Part shown: positions 1-10,265 of the stretch, piece by piece
Layout of the letters: every line of letters starts with the position of its first letter
How positions within the stretch are numbered: the first letter of the stretch is position 1
NCBI GenBank assembly: GCA_015064415.1
Contig: SVSG01000005.1
Coordinates: 29,273-93,272 of the forward strand
DNA length: 64,000 nt
Direction: 5' to 3'
From: Oscillospiraceae bacterium
GTDB lineage: Bacteria > Bacillota > Clostridia > Oscillospirales > CAG-272
The notes under the pieces: generated by a model
The model's database searches: none
The model's input: only the letters and a program-made list of their open reading frames with translations
Told to the model about the DNA's origin: nothing
Translations under genes and position numbers: made by a program

Positions 1-2
1 CT

Positions 3-3000
3 CCTACTGCAGCCAACACTGCAAACGGTGTAAGCATTACGCTCACTGATATTGCCATCGACAACCATACTTACGTAATTTCCAACAGCACTCTTGCGTG
101 CGACGTTACCGCTACTGTGGCAAATGTCAATGCTACCACCACGGACGGTTTCCTTAACGTCCACAAGGATTCCACCCATACTCTGAACGCAACTGTTACG
201 AACTCCACCTACACTGTGGGCGGCAAGACGTACAATGCGTCCGGCAAGTATGCCATCACCGGCGCTACCCTGACGCTGAGCGGCTATGCCGATCAGGCAA
301 CTGCCGATACCGTTGCCCTGAAGGCAGGCTACGTGGTACGTACCACTGCCGACGGCGCAACCAACTCTGTGTACTACAGAGCATTTAATGCAGCTGCGAT
401 CAACCACGCAACGGCAGACGCCACCAAGGCAGGCACGATCACTGTGCTGACCAATCTTACCGGTATTACCTTTACGCTGGGTGACGGCGCGGATGATGCC
501 AACTTCAAGCCCTACGACCTTACCATCGTCGGCGTGAAGCTTCTGGGTGCAACCGCTTGGCCCACGCTCTCTCCCTCCGGCGCTGATGCCATCAAGATGT
601 ATGACGGCTCTGACCTTACGTTCCGTAACATTACGGTTCAGGCAAGCTTCCGTTGGGTCCGTGTTTACAACACCAAGGGTGTAGCCGATGACTGTAATCT
701 GATCTTCGGTGAAAATTCCACCGCTTTGATGAACACCGCTTCCTCTACCACGGAAGACTTCATCTACGCTCAGAACGCCTCTTATACCAACTTCATTGTT
801 GAGCAGGGCGCAGCCATCCGTATGACGCAGACTGCCGCAACCGGCAGAAAAACCGTAATTGCCTTCAACGGCGCTTACGGTGACGTTATCATCCGCGGTA
901 CTGTGGATGCAAACATCACCACGGTAGACGGCGCTACCAATATCTTCTTCTGCCAGATGGGCAGCACCTCCGGCAACCTCATTATAGAATCCACCGCAGT
1001 GGTCAACTTCAAGGTTACCGGTGGTTATGGTAACTCCTACTTTGTGGGTAGTACCGGTCTCGCAATTATCGATGCTGCTGCCAAGATCAACGGTGCTGTT
1101 CTGAATGACACCACCGCCAAGGCAATCGGTTTCAACATCCGTAACAATGCAGCTGACGGCAAGACCGACTTCTATGCAAACATTATAGGCGCACTCGCAT
1201 ACAAGCATATGAGTGACGTTTCCACCTTCACTTTGTTGGGCAATGCAAACATTTACGTTTACGAAACCATCAAGGATAAGGAATTCACCATTACTTCTCT
1301 TGAGGGTAACAAGTTCACCCTTACCCTTCCCAGCACCTATGCCGCATTCAATCTCGGTGCTAACACCAAGTTGACGCTTACCAACCTCACGCTGAACCTC
1401 GGCGGCAACCGCTTTGCACGCGTAGACGGCAACACGCACGTTATCTTCGGTGACGGTGCTACCGTAAACTGCTCTGCAGGCATCTTCATCTACTCGAACT
1501 CCAATGGTGCTTTTGACATCACCGCAACCTATGACTTCCAGGCCGGCTCTGTGATCAACTGGACCTCTGCTTCCGGTAGCATGATCTATCACGACGGCAC
1601 CAAGGACCTCAACAATGACGGCGACGTCAAGGATTCCGGCGAAAAGCAAAAGCTGACCCTTAACGTCTACATCTCCGGCGAGATGAACATCTCCTCCACC
1701 TCTACCGGTGCGATCACGTACGACAAGAACGACAACAGCTCTTATATCGTTTGGATCGACTTCACCACCGCAAAGATCACCTGCACCGCCACGTACTGGT
1801 TCTACCATTGCGAGCAAAGAAGCCCTGTTTACATGACGGGTCTTGACACGATCGAGGAGTATGACGCCGTTGCGCGCAAGACCAGTCTTGCTGTGCGTTC
1901 CGGCGCAAAAATCGGCGAGGGCGTATGGGTTCCCTACACCGGCTTCCGCGGTCAGATCAACCAGGTCGCCATCGACGTTCTGCCCGAGGGCGAGAACACC
2001 CTTTACCTGCTTGAGGACATTACTTCCATCAACTCCACAATGCACTACAAGGATCGCGACAGCTTCCGCATCGTCAGCAACAAGGCAGACGGTACGCAGG
2101 CAACCATCAAGTTCCAAGGTGACGCTTACCGCTTCAGAGTATACTCCGGTTCTCCTTTGACTCTTGATAATGTTAACATCATCACCGGAAAGGGCTCCTC
2201 GGATGTGGGCAAGCTGTTCCAGTTCCATAACGGAACCTCTGCAGTTCCCGCCACGCTGATCCTGACGAACGGTTCGACCCTGACAAGCAAAGTTCCTGCA
2301 TCCGCACTCAATTTTGCTGACACCACTGCACTTGTCAAGATCGAGTCCACGGATACCTTGACCAATCTTGATACGTTCGCAGCCTCCTTCGCATTGAAGC
2401 TTCGCGTTGTTACTGAAACCGGAGCTAACTACTACAACACGCTGTCTCTGCATGCAGCAAATACTGCCACCGCGAACGCTACTAAGGCGGGCACTGTTAC
2501 CGCTCTGGCAAACTTCTCCGTGGCAAAGGAATATTTCGTGCTTGGCGACGGCAAGGATGATGCCAACTTCACCACCTACGATCTGACGGTCACCGGTATC
2601 AAGGTTGGCTCCGCTACCGAGTATCCCACCATCACTGTTTCTCAGGATGGTATCCGTCTGTATGACGGCTCTGACATCACGTTCACCAACGTCAACATCT
2701 ACTCCAACAACCGTTGGCTGAGAATTTACAACACCAAGTGCACGGATCCCTGTGATATCGTCTTCGGCGAGAACGTCACCGCTTCTCAGAAGACCGCCAC
2801 CTCCAACGATGACTTTATTCTGGTGACCTCCGGCTCTTACACCAACATCACCGTGGAAGAGGGTGCAACGCTGACCAGAACTCTGACGGCAGCTAACACC
2901 ACCGCTACGAAGAAGATGTTCTCCGCCGACAGCCTTCACGGTACCATTACCATTGCGGGTACTGTCACGTTCAACGCCGCTTGCACATTGAACAGCAATA

Positions 3001-6000
3001 ACAAGCCCACTCCCGCATATCTGTTCGCCACGAACGGCGCTGACAGCGCTGTGGTCATCAAATCCACCGCAAACGTGAACTTCTCCGCAACCGGTGAATC
3101 TGCCGGCTCTTCCATCCTCACCGGCGACACATACGTGACTATTGAAGACGGCGCAACCGTCAACGGCACCACCTACGAGTCCGCTCGTCTTGCCGCACAG
3201 CAGTTTGGTCTTGCGGCCGAGTACACGGACAAGGCAGACGGCAAGGTCTACTACGTTAACAATGTGGCCTATGCACTGAAGAATGCCAAGGATAAGACTG
3301 CCGTTACTCTGCTTCGCGACGCTTCCTTCAGCGGCGTTATTTCGCTTGAAGGCAGAGAGTTGACGATCGCCAGCATCCCCGGCAGCACCTACACCCTGAC
3401 GCACACCTCCGGTTGGGCAGCATTCTGGCTGCTGAGCGACTCCAAGCTGACGCTTGAGAACATTACTCTTACCCTTCAGGTCAACGCCGACTGCAACGGT
3501 CGCTTTGCACGTATCGACGGCAGCTCGCACGTTATCTTCGGTAACGGCGCTACCGTAAATACCGCCGGTGCGATCTTCATTTACAACAACGGCAACGGTC
3601 TTGCAGGCGGCTACGCTTACACCATCGACTTCCTTGCCGGCTCCGTGATCAACGCCACCGGTAGCATGAGCAACGGTTTGATCTACCACAACAGTGAATC
3701 GGCTGCCAATGCCGACGTCACCGTCAACATTGCCGGTACGATCAACATTCCGACCGCTTCTCCCATCACCAAGGACGCAGACGCGAATGGCAGATACGTC
3801 GTGAACTACGATGCAAGCACCGCTGACGTTACCTGCGGCGCTCCCATCTGGTTCTCTCACAACACTCTTGTTTACTTCAAGAACCTTGAGGGTGACGCTG
3901 TAACCGAGTTTGCTCTTGCATGCGGTCTTGCCGTCCGTTACGGCGACGTCTACGCATCCGGCATCTATACGCCTATGCTTGACCTCATCCCCGAGGGTGG
4001 CTCCGCTATCATTTACATCCTTCAGGATGTGAACACATTCTGCACTGCAGCATTCTCCAACAAGACCGTTACTGTCAAGAGCGATCCTGCTGCAGGCATC
4101 AACTACTATACTATCACCAGTGTCAGCACTGCCCCGATCTTTGCGATCGGCGAAAATGCACACCTCATCCTGGACAACATCAACATCGTATCCGGTTCCT
4201 TCATCCGCTTTGAGACTGTCAATGCGGACAATGCCACCATTACAGTTGATTTCAACTCTGGTGCGACTGTGACCGCATCCAAGTCCAGCTCCTACCCCAA
4301 CTTCATTTATGCAACCGGCGCCCAGAACAAGCCCGTTCTGCTGACGATCAACGTCAACTCCGGCGCTAAGCTGGGCCGTCCCGCTAACACGTGGGCCGTG
4401 ACCGGAAGTGACCGTAACTGCTATCTGTTCAACTTGAACAACTTTGGCACCAATCTTCTTGCCGGTTCTGCCATCAACGTGGCAGGTACGCTGGAAGAGC
4501 TGACCTCCTTCGAGGGCACCGGTGCAAGACGTAGCTCGATCATCCTTGCCAACAAGGATGCCGACCTTACCGTGAACATCACCCCCGGTGCTGTGTTCAA
4601 CTACAACGCAGGCACGCACGGCATCAACGCTGACGAGGGTATGATCAACACGATTGGTGCTGTGAACATCTCCGGCGGTGCATTCAACCTCTCCGGTGAA
4701 ACGGATATGCTCGCTCCCTTCTGGCTTGCATCTACTTCCGTTTATACCTTCACCGGCAACATCGTCTTCAACGCACCTTATCTGACTGAGTTCTTCTACT
4801 CTTACAGCTCTGAGGCGAAGGTTTACTTCGACAATGCAACTTTCCGCACGAACGTTCCTGCAAACATCAAGCTTGAATACGCAAACCGCAATCTGCCCGC
4901 TATCACGGTTGTGAACTCTACGTTCACGAGCGAGCACGTTGCTAACATACTCAATGCAACTGTCACGCTTGACAACGGCAATGCACTTTCCGGTCGTTAT
5001 GACCTTGCAAGCGCTATCGCACTTGTGGAAAGCGGCGCAACCATCTACCTGCAGGCAGACTCCATCATTTCCTCCACCATCGTTCTGGACGGCAAGGCAA
5101 TCACCATTGCTCCCATCGGTGACGAGGCAATGAAGCTTGCGCTTTACTCCAACACCGTGGGCAAGATGTTCGTTCTGAAGAACGGCGCTTCCCTTACCCT
5201 CAACAACCTTACCGTTACCATCACCGCTGACACGGTCGACCGCAAGGTCGAGACCGCCGGCTCTTTCATCACCGTTGATGAAGCAGAGCCCACCGGTGCT
5301 GTGAAGGTTAACCTCAATAACATCAACTTGACCGCAAGCGCTTCTATTCCCTTCTACTTCGGCGGCAATTCCGTTGTTGAAGTTGCTATCAACGGCGGTT
5401 CTTACGTTGGCGAGGGTATGTTCGCAATCGGTTACTACGCATCCGAGTCCGAAAAGGGCAAAGGCGACGGCGTTGACGTTACCTCCAACGCAACCGTTAC
5501 CGTTACTGTTACCGGTACGGAAGACGAGCACGTTCTGCTGAGAAGAACCGAAGCAGGCGACCAGAACGCCATCATCTTCATCAACTTCGCAGGCAAGGCA
5601 GCCAATCACAAGAATCAGGTCGTCTTCAACCTTACCCACGCCGACCTTGGTCGCGAGGGTGCAGCTTCTTACACGCATCCCATCTATCTGAGAGGCGCTG
5701 CCGCACTGACGCTCAATCAGACCTGCGGTCAGTTCTACACCGGCGGTTGGCTGATCGGCGGACAGTCCGGTGCTGCTCTCTACGTAACTCTTACCGACGT
5801 TGATATGACCTACACCGGCACCAGCTACTCGCTGCGTCCTTACGGTGTATCCGGCGCCGGCTCCTACTTCAAGATGGTAGGCGGCTCCGTCAACGCTAAC
5901 AGAGTTTCTGATTCCGGCTACGTTCTTTCCTTCAACGCTGATATCGCCGTGTCCTTCACCGGCACGACCTTCAACGTTGCAACCAACGCAACTCTCTTCA

Positions 6001-9000
6001 GCCGTGAGGGTGGCATTGCTCCTTCCATCGTGCTGGACGGCTGTACCTTCAATATGGCAGGTAAGATCGTTACCACCAGCAAGACCATGAACGTTATGGT
6101 CAAGGGCGAAACCAAGGTCCTTGAGGGCGAAGAGCTTGTAGCTATCACCCCCGAGATTGCTTTGGCACGCGGCTTCATCGTTGAGCTTGAAGGCACAAGC
6201 GTTTACGCCTCCAACCTGTTCACCGCGTTTGTGGCAGAGGCCAAGGCAGAGACCAACAAGGTCCTGATCCACGGCAATCTGGCACTCAGCTATCCCATTT
6301 ATGTCACCAACCAGAACATCACCTTTGCAGGTGTTGGTGAAAACATCACCATCACTGTAGGTGTCGGTCTGCGTCCGTTCTACATTGAGAACAACTCTAC
6401 CGTCACCTTCAAGGATCTGACCATCAACGCCTACCGCTTCTTCACCTTCAATGCGAGCAACAGCGACGTTCTGACCACCGTTACCCTGGAGAATACGGAC
6501 GTTATCGTTCCCGACTACTCCAAGGACATCGATGCGCTGATCTACAAGGGTCATACCGTTGGTAAGGCCGTTCTGAACATTGATGCAAACTCCTCTATCG
6601 TGATGAACTCCTCTGCGGCTCCCGCAACTGATAAAACCATCTACGCTCTTATCGCCATCTACAACGGCGAAGGCGCAACCGTCAACGTCTGGGGTACCAT
6701 TAAGAACCTGATGAAGACGAGCGAGAGCCAGAACGCGCAGGTCATCTCGATCAAGGGCGCGAAGAACAACGCTACCGTAAACATTTACGACGGTGCTGTG
6801 CTGGAGGGCACTTCCTCTTACGGCAAGTACACCGGCACGCACGGCGGTAGCTACTGCGGTATCATCTACTTCTCTCAGGGTACCAACACGCTGAACATCG
6901 AGGGCGGTACCATCACCGTTCACGGTGTCACCGGTCTTGCTTACACCGGCACCACGGCCACAATCAACATTTCCGGCAATGCTGTGATCAACAACGTGGA
7001 TGCCCAGTACGCGATGTTCTTCGGCGATAACCAGACTGCTCACATCACCGGCACTGCTGATGCAAAGCCCGTTATCAACACGCCCGCTAAGCTGATTGCA
7101 AGCGGCACGGCTTACGCTTACAACTTCTTCACCGAGGAAGAGTACGCAACCCTTGCCAAGACGCTTGGCTTCACGGTGCTGCTTGCCAGCTCCAACACGG
7201 CATGCACCACTTGGAACGCCACCATGCGCGACCTGATGGCCGCTGAGGAAACGTTGTATCTGCTGAACAACGTCAGCTCCAGCTCCAACTTCAGCGCAGC
7301 TTCTCTCACCGATACGAAGCTGACTATTACCAGCTACGGTAATGCGAAGTACACCTGGACGACAACCATCAGAGCGAATGCTGTTCTCTTCTTCGTGGCT
7401 TCCAACACGCATCTGATCATCGACAACGTCATTATGGACGTTGCGGCTCGCTTCATGCGCTTTGAAAGCGACGGCGAGACCGGCACCTCTATGAAGGTCG
7501 ACATCCTGGGCGGTGCTGAGATCTACGCACTTCCCGGCGGCGACGGCAACTTCATCTACTACAGCGCAGACCGTGTTCTGACTATGAACATTGAGGAAGG
7601 CGCTATCATCCAGCGCAAGGGTGATTCCGATGCCGCTACCGGTCACTTGATCAACCTTGGTGCCAACTTCGCCGAGGGCTCCGTGATCAATATCAAGGGT
7701 AAGATCTCCGATATCACCAACTACACCGGTACCGCTACTCGTGGCGGCAACCTCTTCGCAGTTCCCGGTGCAAACGTTGTGGTCAACATCTACAACACCG
7801 CAGAGCTTGAAATGGCTCTGACCACCGAGACCGGCAAGATCGGTGTGGTTCGCTTCGCTCCCGCAGGCCTTGTTTACTTCAAGAACTTCGCCGAGGGCAC
7901 CGATTACGACAAGCTTGCAACCAGCTACGGTCTGGCACTGCGCGCAGATGCTACTGCAACCGCAGACACCGCTTACGCTCGCAACCTTTCCGCTCAGCTG
8001 ATTGCTCTTGCCGAGAGCAACGGTACGATCTACGCTCTCAACGACTTCGTTCTGTCCGCTAACTTCACGATCGATAACAAGAACGTTGTGATCGAGCCCC
8101 TGCGCGACGGCATCACGATGACCCAGAGCGCAACCATCACGCTGATCAACGATTCCTCCCTTACCGTGAAGAATCTTGCGATCGTCTCCAGCGCTTGCTT
8201 CATCAACTCCTCTACCGTTACCAACGGTAACACCATTAAGCTGGAGAACGTAAAGGTCACCACTTCTGCCAAGAAGGACACCGACTTTATCACCGTTACC
8301 AACTCCAAGACTGCGATCGAGATCACGAACTTTGAGTTCCTTGCCACCGCTAACCGCGTTCGTGTGATCCGCGCAACCACCAACGGTGTTGTAACCTCCT
8401 TGAAGGTTACCAACGCTAAGCTGAACACCGCCCTCTTCCGTGTGGAAAACACCACGGGCGTGATCGGCTCTGCCGAGGCACCCGCAACGCTTACTGACGT
8501 AACCTTTGTTGCTGACGAAGTCATCGGTTCTGCCTTCATGTACGCTTACAACGCTGCCGCTTACGTGGATATCTTCGGCGGCTCCTACACCGGTCAGTTC
8601 ATTTACGGCGGTGACAACAACACCAACACGTTGCAGATCCGCGTGAATCCCATCGGTGACAAGACCACCACGATCTCTACGCTGACTCCCTCTACGACAA
8701 GCCAGTACACGGCACTGATTCACCTGAATCCCGCTGCCGCTGCGGACGTGACCCTTTCCTTCCGCAATGCTACGCTGTCTGACGTGGGCGGCAAGAGCGC
8801 ACTGATCCGCGTGATGAAGACCACCAGACTTACCATCTACGTGGATAACACCACTCTGAACGCAAACTCCTTCCTGAATGCATACCACTATTGCACTGTT
8901 TACGGTCACTTCAACAGTGCCGCAGAAGCAAAGACCTTCGGCTTCAACGTACGCCTTGGCGAAAACGTTGGCAAGGGTGTTTACTACTACTTCGTCAACC

Positions 9001-10265
9001 ATGCATTCGAGGCAGCGAAGGACGGCGACACCATCTACCTGATGGGCAACGCATCCTCTATCAACGTTGGTATCGACGATACCCTGTTTACCAAGAAGGT
9101 ACACGTCACCAGTGACGGCGGTCCTTACACGGTCACCACTCTGACGGGTATTGCCTTCTATCTGGGTGACGGCGCTGAGTTGAAGTTCACTAACGTGATC
9201 TACGACCTCTCCAACCGTCTTGCCCGTATCGACGGCAGCTGCTCGATCATCTTCGGTGCCGGCTCCGTGATGAACCACAAGAACACCATCTTCATTTACA
9301 ACAACGGTCAGGAATCCGTCAAGGGTGCCAAGTACACCATCGACATCCAGGCAGGTTCTACCATCAACGCTACCACCGCTCTTGCAAACGGCTTGATCTA
9401 CCACAACGGCGCGAACACCGCGGATAATGAAATTACCGTGAAGATCGCCGGTAAGATCAATATGCCCACCAAGTCTTACATCGTAAGATCTGTTGACAAG
9501 AACGGCAGATACCACATCTACTACGATGCATCCACCGCCGACGTTACCGTTGGTCAGGATCTGTGGTTCTCCAATGTCTTCCTTGGCAACCGCGACGGCG
9601 CTATGGCTGACGACGTGCTGTGGGCAACCGGCTTCAAGTCTCATGCAGAGGCAGACGAGTTCGGTTACAAGCACGTGGGCGCTTACTTCCGTACCTACGA
9701 CGCGAACCCCGAGGCAGAGTACGAATACAGCTTCGTGCTCCACACGCAGTTCGTTGATGTTATCACCGGTCACCTGACCTCCTACGGCGGCGAGGTTATG
9801 ATCCTTCGCAGCACGCAGAGCGTTTACGCCACCAGACACTTCGACTTCGGCGGCGTACTGACCTTCAAGTCCTACAACGGCGCTTACTTCGGTGCTCAGG
9901 ACGGTGCTTACCGCTTCCGCATCAAAAACGGCACGACCGTTATCCTTGACGGCGTTGAGTTCAGAACCAAGGGCGGCGCATTCATGCTCCACCAGGGCAC
10001 TGCAGCCAACCCCTCCGAGCTCAAGCTGATCAACGGCGCTAAGATCACCTCCACCGGTGAAATCGCAGGTGCCACGATGATCTCCTTCAACGACAAGGAT
10101 TGCGCCAACACCAACCTTTACGTTGACGAGACCTCCTCGATTACGCTGTCCGGCGCTAACACCGGATCCCTGAATATGATCTACGTGAACGCCGGCTGGT
10201 CCGGTACCATGACGATCAAGGGTACCCTTACCACCACGGCAGCTCCACCGGCTACGTTGTTCTGA
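3..10265 (+). CDS. Giant repetitive beta-helix-like extracellular protein, first frame (5'-partial; continues via frameshift into ~10236-17194)
   Basis: Frame is open from base 3 (cct act gca gcc aac...), so the GTG at 117 is not the true start. T/N/G/A/V/I-rich beta-strand periodicity, recurring internal modules, very strong codon bias (ACC, AAC, GGC/GGT, TCC). Confidence 0.85.
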   Translation, partial: PTAANTANGVSITLTDIAIDNHTYVISNSTLACDVTATVANVNATTTDGFLNVHKDSTHTLNATVTNSTYTVGGKTYNASGKYAITGATLTLSGYADQATADTVALKAGYVVRTTADGATNSVYYRAFNAAAINHATADATKAGTITVLTNLTGITFTLGDGADDANFKPYDLTIVGVKLLGATAWPTLSPSGADAIKMYDGSDLTFRNITVQASFRWVRVYNTKGVADDCNLIFGENSTALMNTASSTTEDFIYAQNASYTNFIVEQGAAIRMTQTAATGRKTVIAFNGAYGDVIIRGTVDANITTVDGATNIFFCQMGSTSGNLIIESTAVVNFKVTGGYGNSYFVGSTGLAIIDAAAKINGAVLNDTTAKAIGFNIRNNAADGKTDFYANIIGALAYKHMSDVSTFTLLGNANIYVYETIKDKEFTITSLEGNKFTLTLPSTYAAFNLGANTKLTLTNLTLNLGGNRFARVDGNTHVIFGDGATVNCSAGIFIYSNSNGAFDITATYDFQAGSVINWTSASGSMIYHDGTKDLNNDGDVKDSGEKQKLTLNVYISGEMNISSTSTGAITYDKNDNSSYIVWIDFTTAKITCTATYWFYHCEQRSPVYMTGLDTIEEYDAVARKTSLAVRSGAKIGEGVWVPYTGFRGQINQVAIDVLPEGENTLYLLEDITSINSTMHYKDRDSFRIVSNKADGTQATIKFQGDAYRFRVYSGSPLTLDNVNIITGKGSSDVGKLFQFHNGTSAVPATLILTNGSTLTSKVPASALNFADTTALVKIESTDTLTNLDTFAASFALKLRVVTETGANYYNTLSLHAANTATANATKAGTVTALANFSVAKEYFVLGDGKDDANFTTYDLTVTGIKVGSATEYPTITVSQDGIRLYDGSDITFTNVNIYSNNRWLRIYNTKCTDPCDIVFGENVTASQKTATSNDDFILVTSGSYTNITVEEGATLTRTLTAANTTATKKMFSADSLHGTITIAGTVTFNAACTLNSNNKPTPAYLFATNGADSAVVIKSTANVNFSATGESAGSSILTGDTYVTIEDGATVNGTTYESARLAAQQFGLAAEYTDKADGKVYYVNNVAYALKNAKDKTAVTLLRDASFSGVISLEGRELTIASIPGSTYTLTHTSGWAAFWLLSDSKLTLENITLTLQVNADCNGRFARIDGSSHVIFGNGATVNTAGAIFIYNNGNGLAGGYAYTIDFLAGSVINATGSMSNGLIYHNSESAANADVTVNIAGTINIPTASPITKDADANGRYVVNYDASTADVTCGAPIWFSHNTLVYFKNLEGDAVTEFALACGLAVRYGDVYASGIYTPMLDLIPEGGSAIIYILQDVNTFCTAAFSNKTVTVKSDPAAGINYYTITSVSTAPIFAIGENAHLILDNINIVSGSFIRFETVNADNATITVDFNSGATVTASKSSSYPNFIYATGAQNKPVLLTINVNSGAKLGRPANTWAVTGSDRNCYLFNLNNFGTNLLAGSAINVAGTLEELTSFEGTGARRSSIILANKDADLTVNITPGAVFNYNAGTHGINADEGMINTIGAVNISGGAFNLSGETDMLAPFWLASTSVYTFTGNIVFNAPYLTEFFYSYSSEAKVYFDNATFRTNVPANIKLEYANRNLPAITVVNSTFTSEHVANILNATVTLDNGNALSGRYDLASAIALVESGATIYLQADSIISSTIVLDGKAITIAPIGDEAMKLALYSNTVGKMFVLKNGASLTLNNLTVTITADTVDRKVETAGSFITVDEAEPTGAVKVNLNNINLTASASIPFYFGGNSVVEVAINGGSYVGEGMFAIGYYASESEKGKGDGVDVTSNATVTVTVTGTEDEHVLLRRTEAGDQNAIIFINFAGKAANHKNQVVFNLTHADLGREGAASYTHPIYLRGAAALTLNQTCGQFYTGGWLIGGQSGAALYVTLTDVDMTYTGTSYSLRPYGVSGAGSYFKMVGGSVNANRVSDSGYVLSFNADIAVSFTGTTFNVATNATLFSREGGIAPSIVLDGCTFNMAGKIVTTSKTMNVMVKGETKVLEGEELVAITPEIALARGFIVELEGTSVYASNLFTAFVAEAKAETNKVLIHGNLALSYPIYVTNQNITFAGVGENITITVGVGLRPFYIENNSTVTFKDLTINAYRFFTFNASNSDVLTTVTLENTDVIVPDYSKDIDALIYKGHTVGKAVLNIDANSSIVMNSSAAPATDKTIYALIAIYNGEGATVNVWGTIKNLMKTSESQNAQVISIKGAKNNATVNIYDGAVLEGTSSYGKYTGTHGGSYCGIIYFSQGTNTLNIEGGTITVHGVTGLAYTGTTATINISGNAVINNVDAQYAMFFGDNQTAHITGTADAKPVINTPAKLIASGTAYAYNFFTEEEYATLAKTLGFTVLLASSNTACTTWNATMRDLMAAEETLYLLNNVSSSSNFSAASLTDTKLTITSYGNAKYTWTTTIRANAVLFFVASNTHLIIDNVIMDVAARFMRFESDGETGTSMKVDILGGAEIYALPGGDGNFIYYSADRVLTMNIEEGAIIQRKGDSDAATGHLINLGANFAEGSVINIKGKISDITNYTGTATRGGNLFAVPGANVVVNIYNTAELEMALTTETGKIGVVRFAPAGLVYFKNFAEGTDYDKLATSYGLALRADATATADTAYARNLSAQLIALAESNGTIYALNDFVLSANFTIDNKNVVIEPLRDGITMTQSATITLINDSSLTVKNLAIVSSACFINSSTVTNGNTIKLENVKVTTSAKKDTDFITVTNSKTAIEITNFEFLATANRVRVIRATTNGVVTSLKVTNAKLNTALFRVENTTGVIGSAEAPATLTDVTFVADEVIGSAFMYAYNAAAYVDIFGGSYTGQFIYGGDNNTNTLQIRVNPIGDKTTTISTLTPSTTSQYTALIHLNPAAAADVTLSFRNATLSDVGGKSALIRVMKTTRLTIYVDNTTLNANSFLNAYHYCTVYGHFNSAAEAKTFGFNVRLGENVGKGVYYYFVNHAFEAAKDGDTIYLMGNASSINVGIDDTLFTKKVHVTSDGGPYTVTTLTGIAFYLGDGAELKFTNVIYDLSNRLARIDGSCSIIFGAGSVMNHKNTIFIYNNGQESVKGAKYTIDIQAGSTINATTALANGLIYHNGANTADNEITVKIAGKINMPTKSYIVRSVDKNGRYHIYYDASTADVTVGQDLWFSNVFLGNRDGAMADDVLWATGFKSHAEADEFGYKHVGAYFRTYDANPEAEYEYSFVLHTQFVDVITGHLTSYGGEVMILRSTQSVYATRHFDFGGVLTFKSYNGAYFGAQDGAYRFRIKNGTTVILDGVEFRTKGGAFMLHQGTAANPSELKLINGAKITSTGEIAGATMISFNDKDCANTNLYVDETSSITLSGANTGSLNMIYVNAGWSGTMTIKGTLTTTAAPPATLF

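Noticed and set aside
117-119. GTG at 117 as start of the giant protein
   Set aside because: The frame is open to the window edge with the same codon style, and there is no RBS or signal peptide.
10225-10265. Programmed -1 ribosomal frameshift or phase-variable tract
   Set aside because: No X_XXY_YYZ slippery site, no long homopolymer or dinucleotide run, and no obvious stimulatory hairpin.
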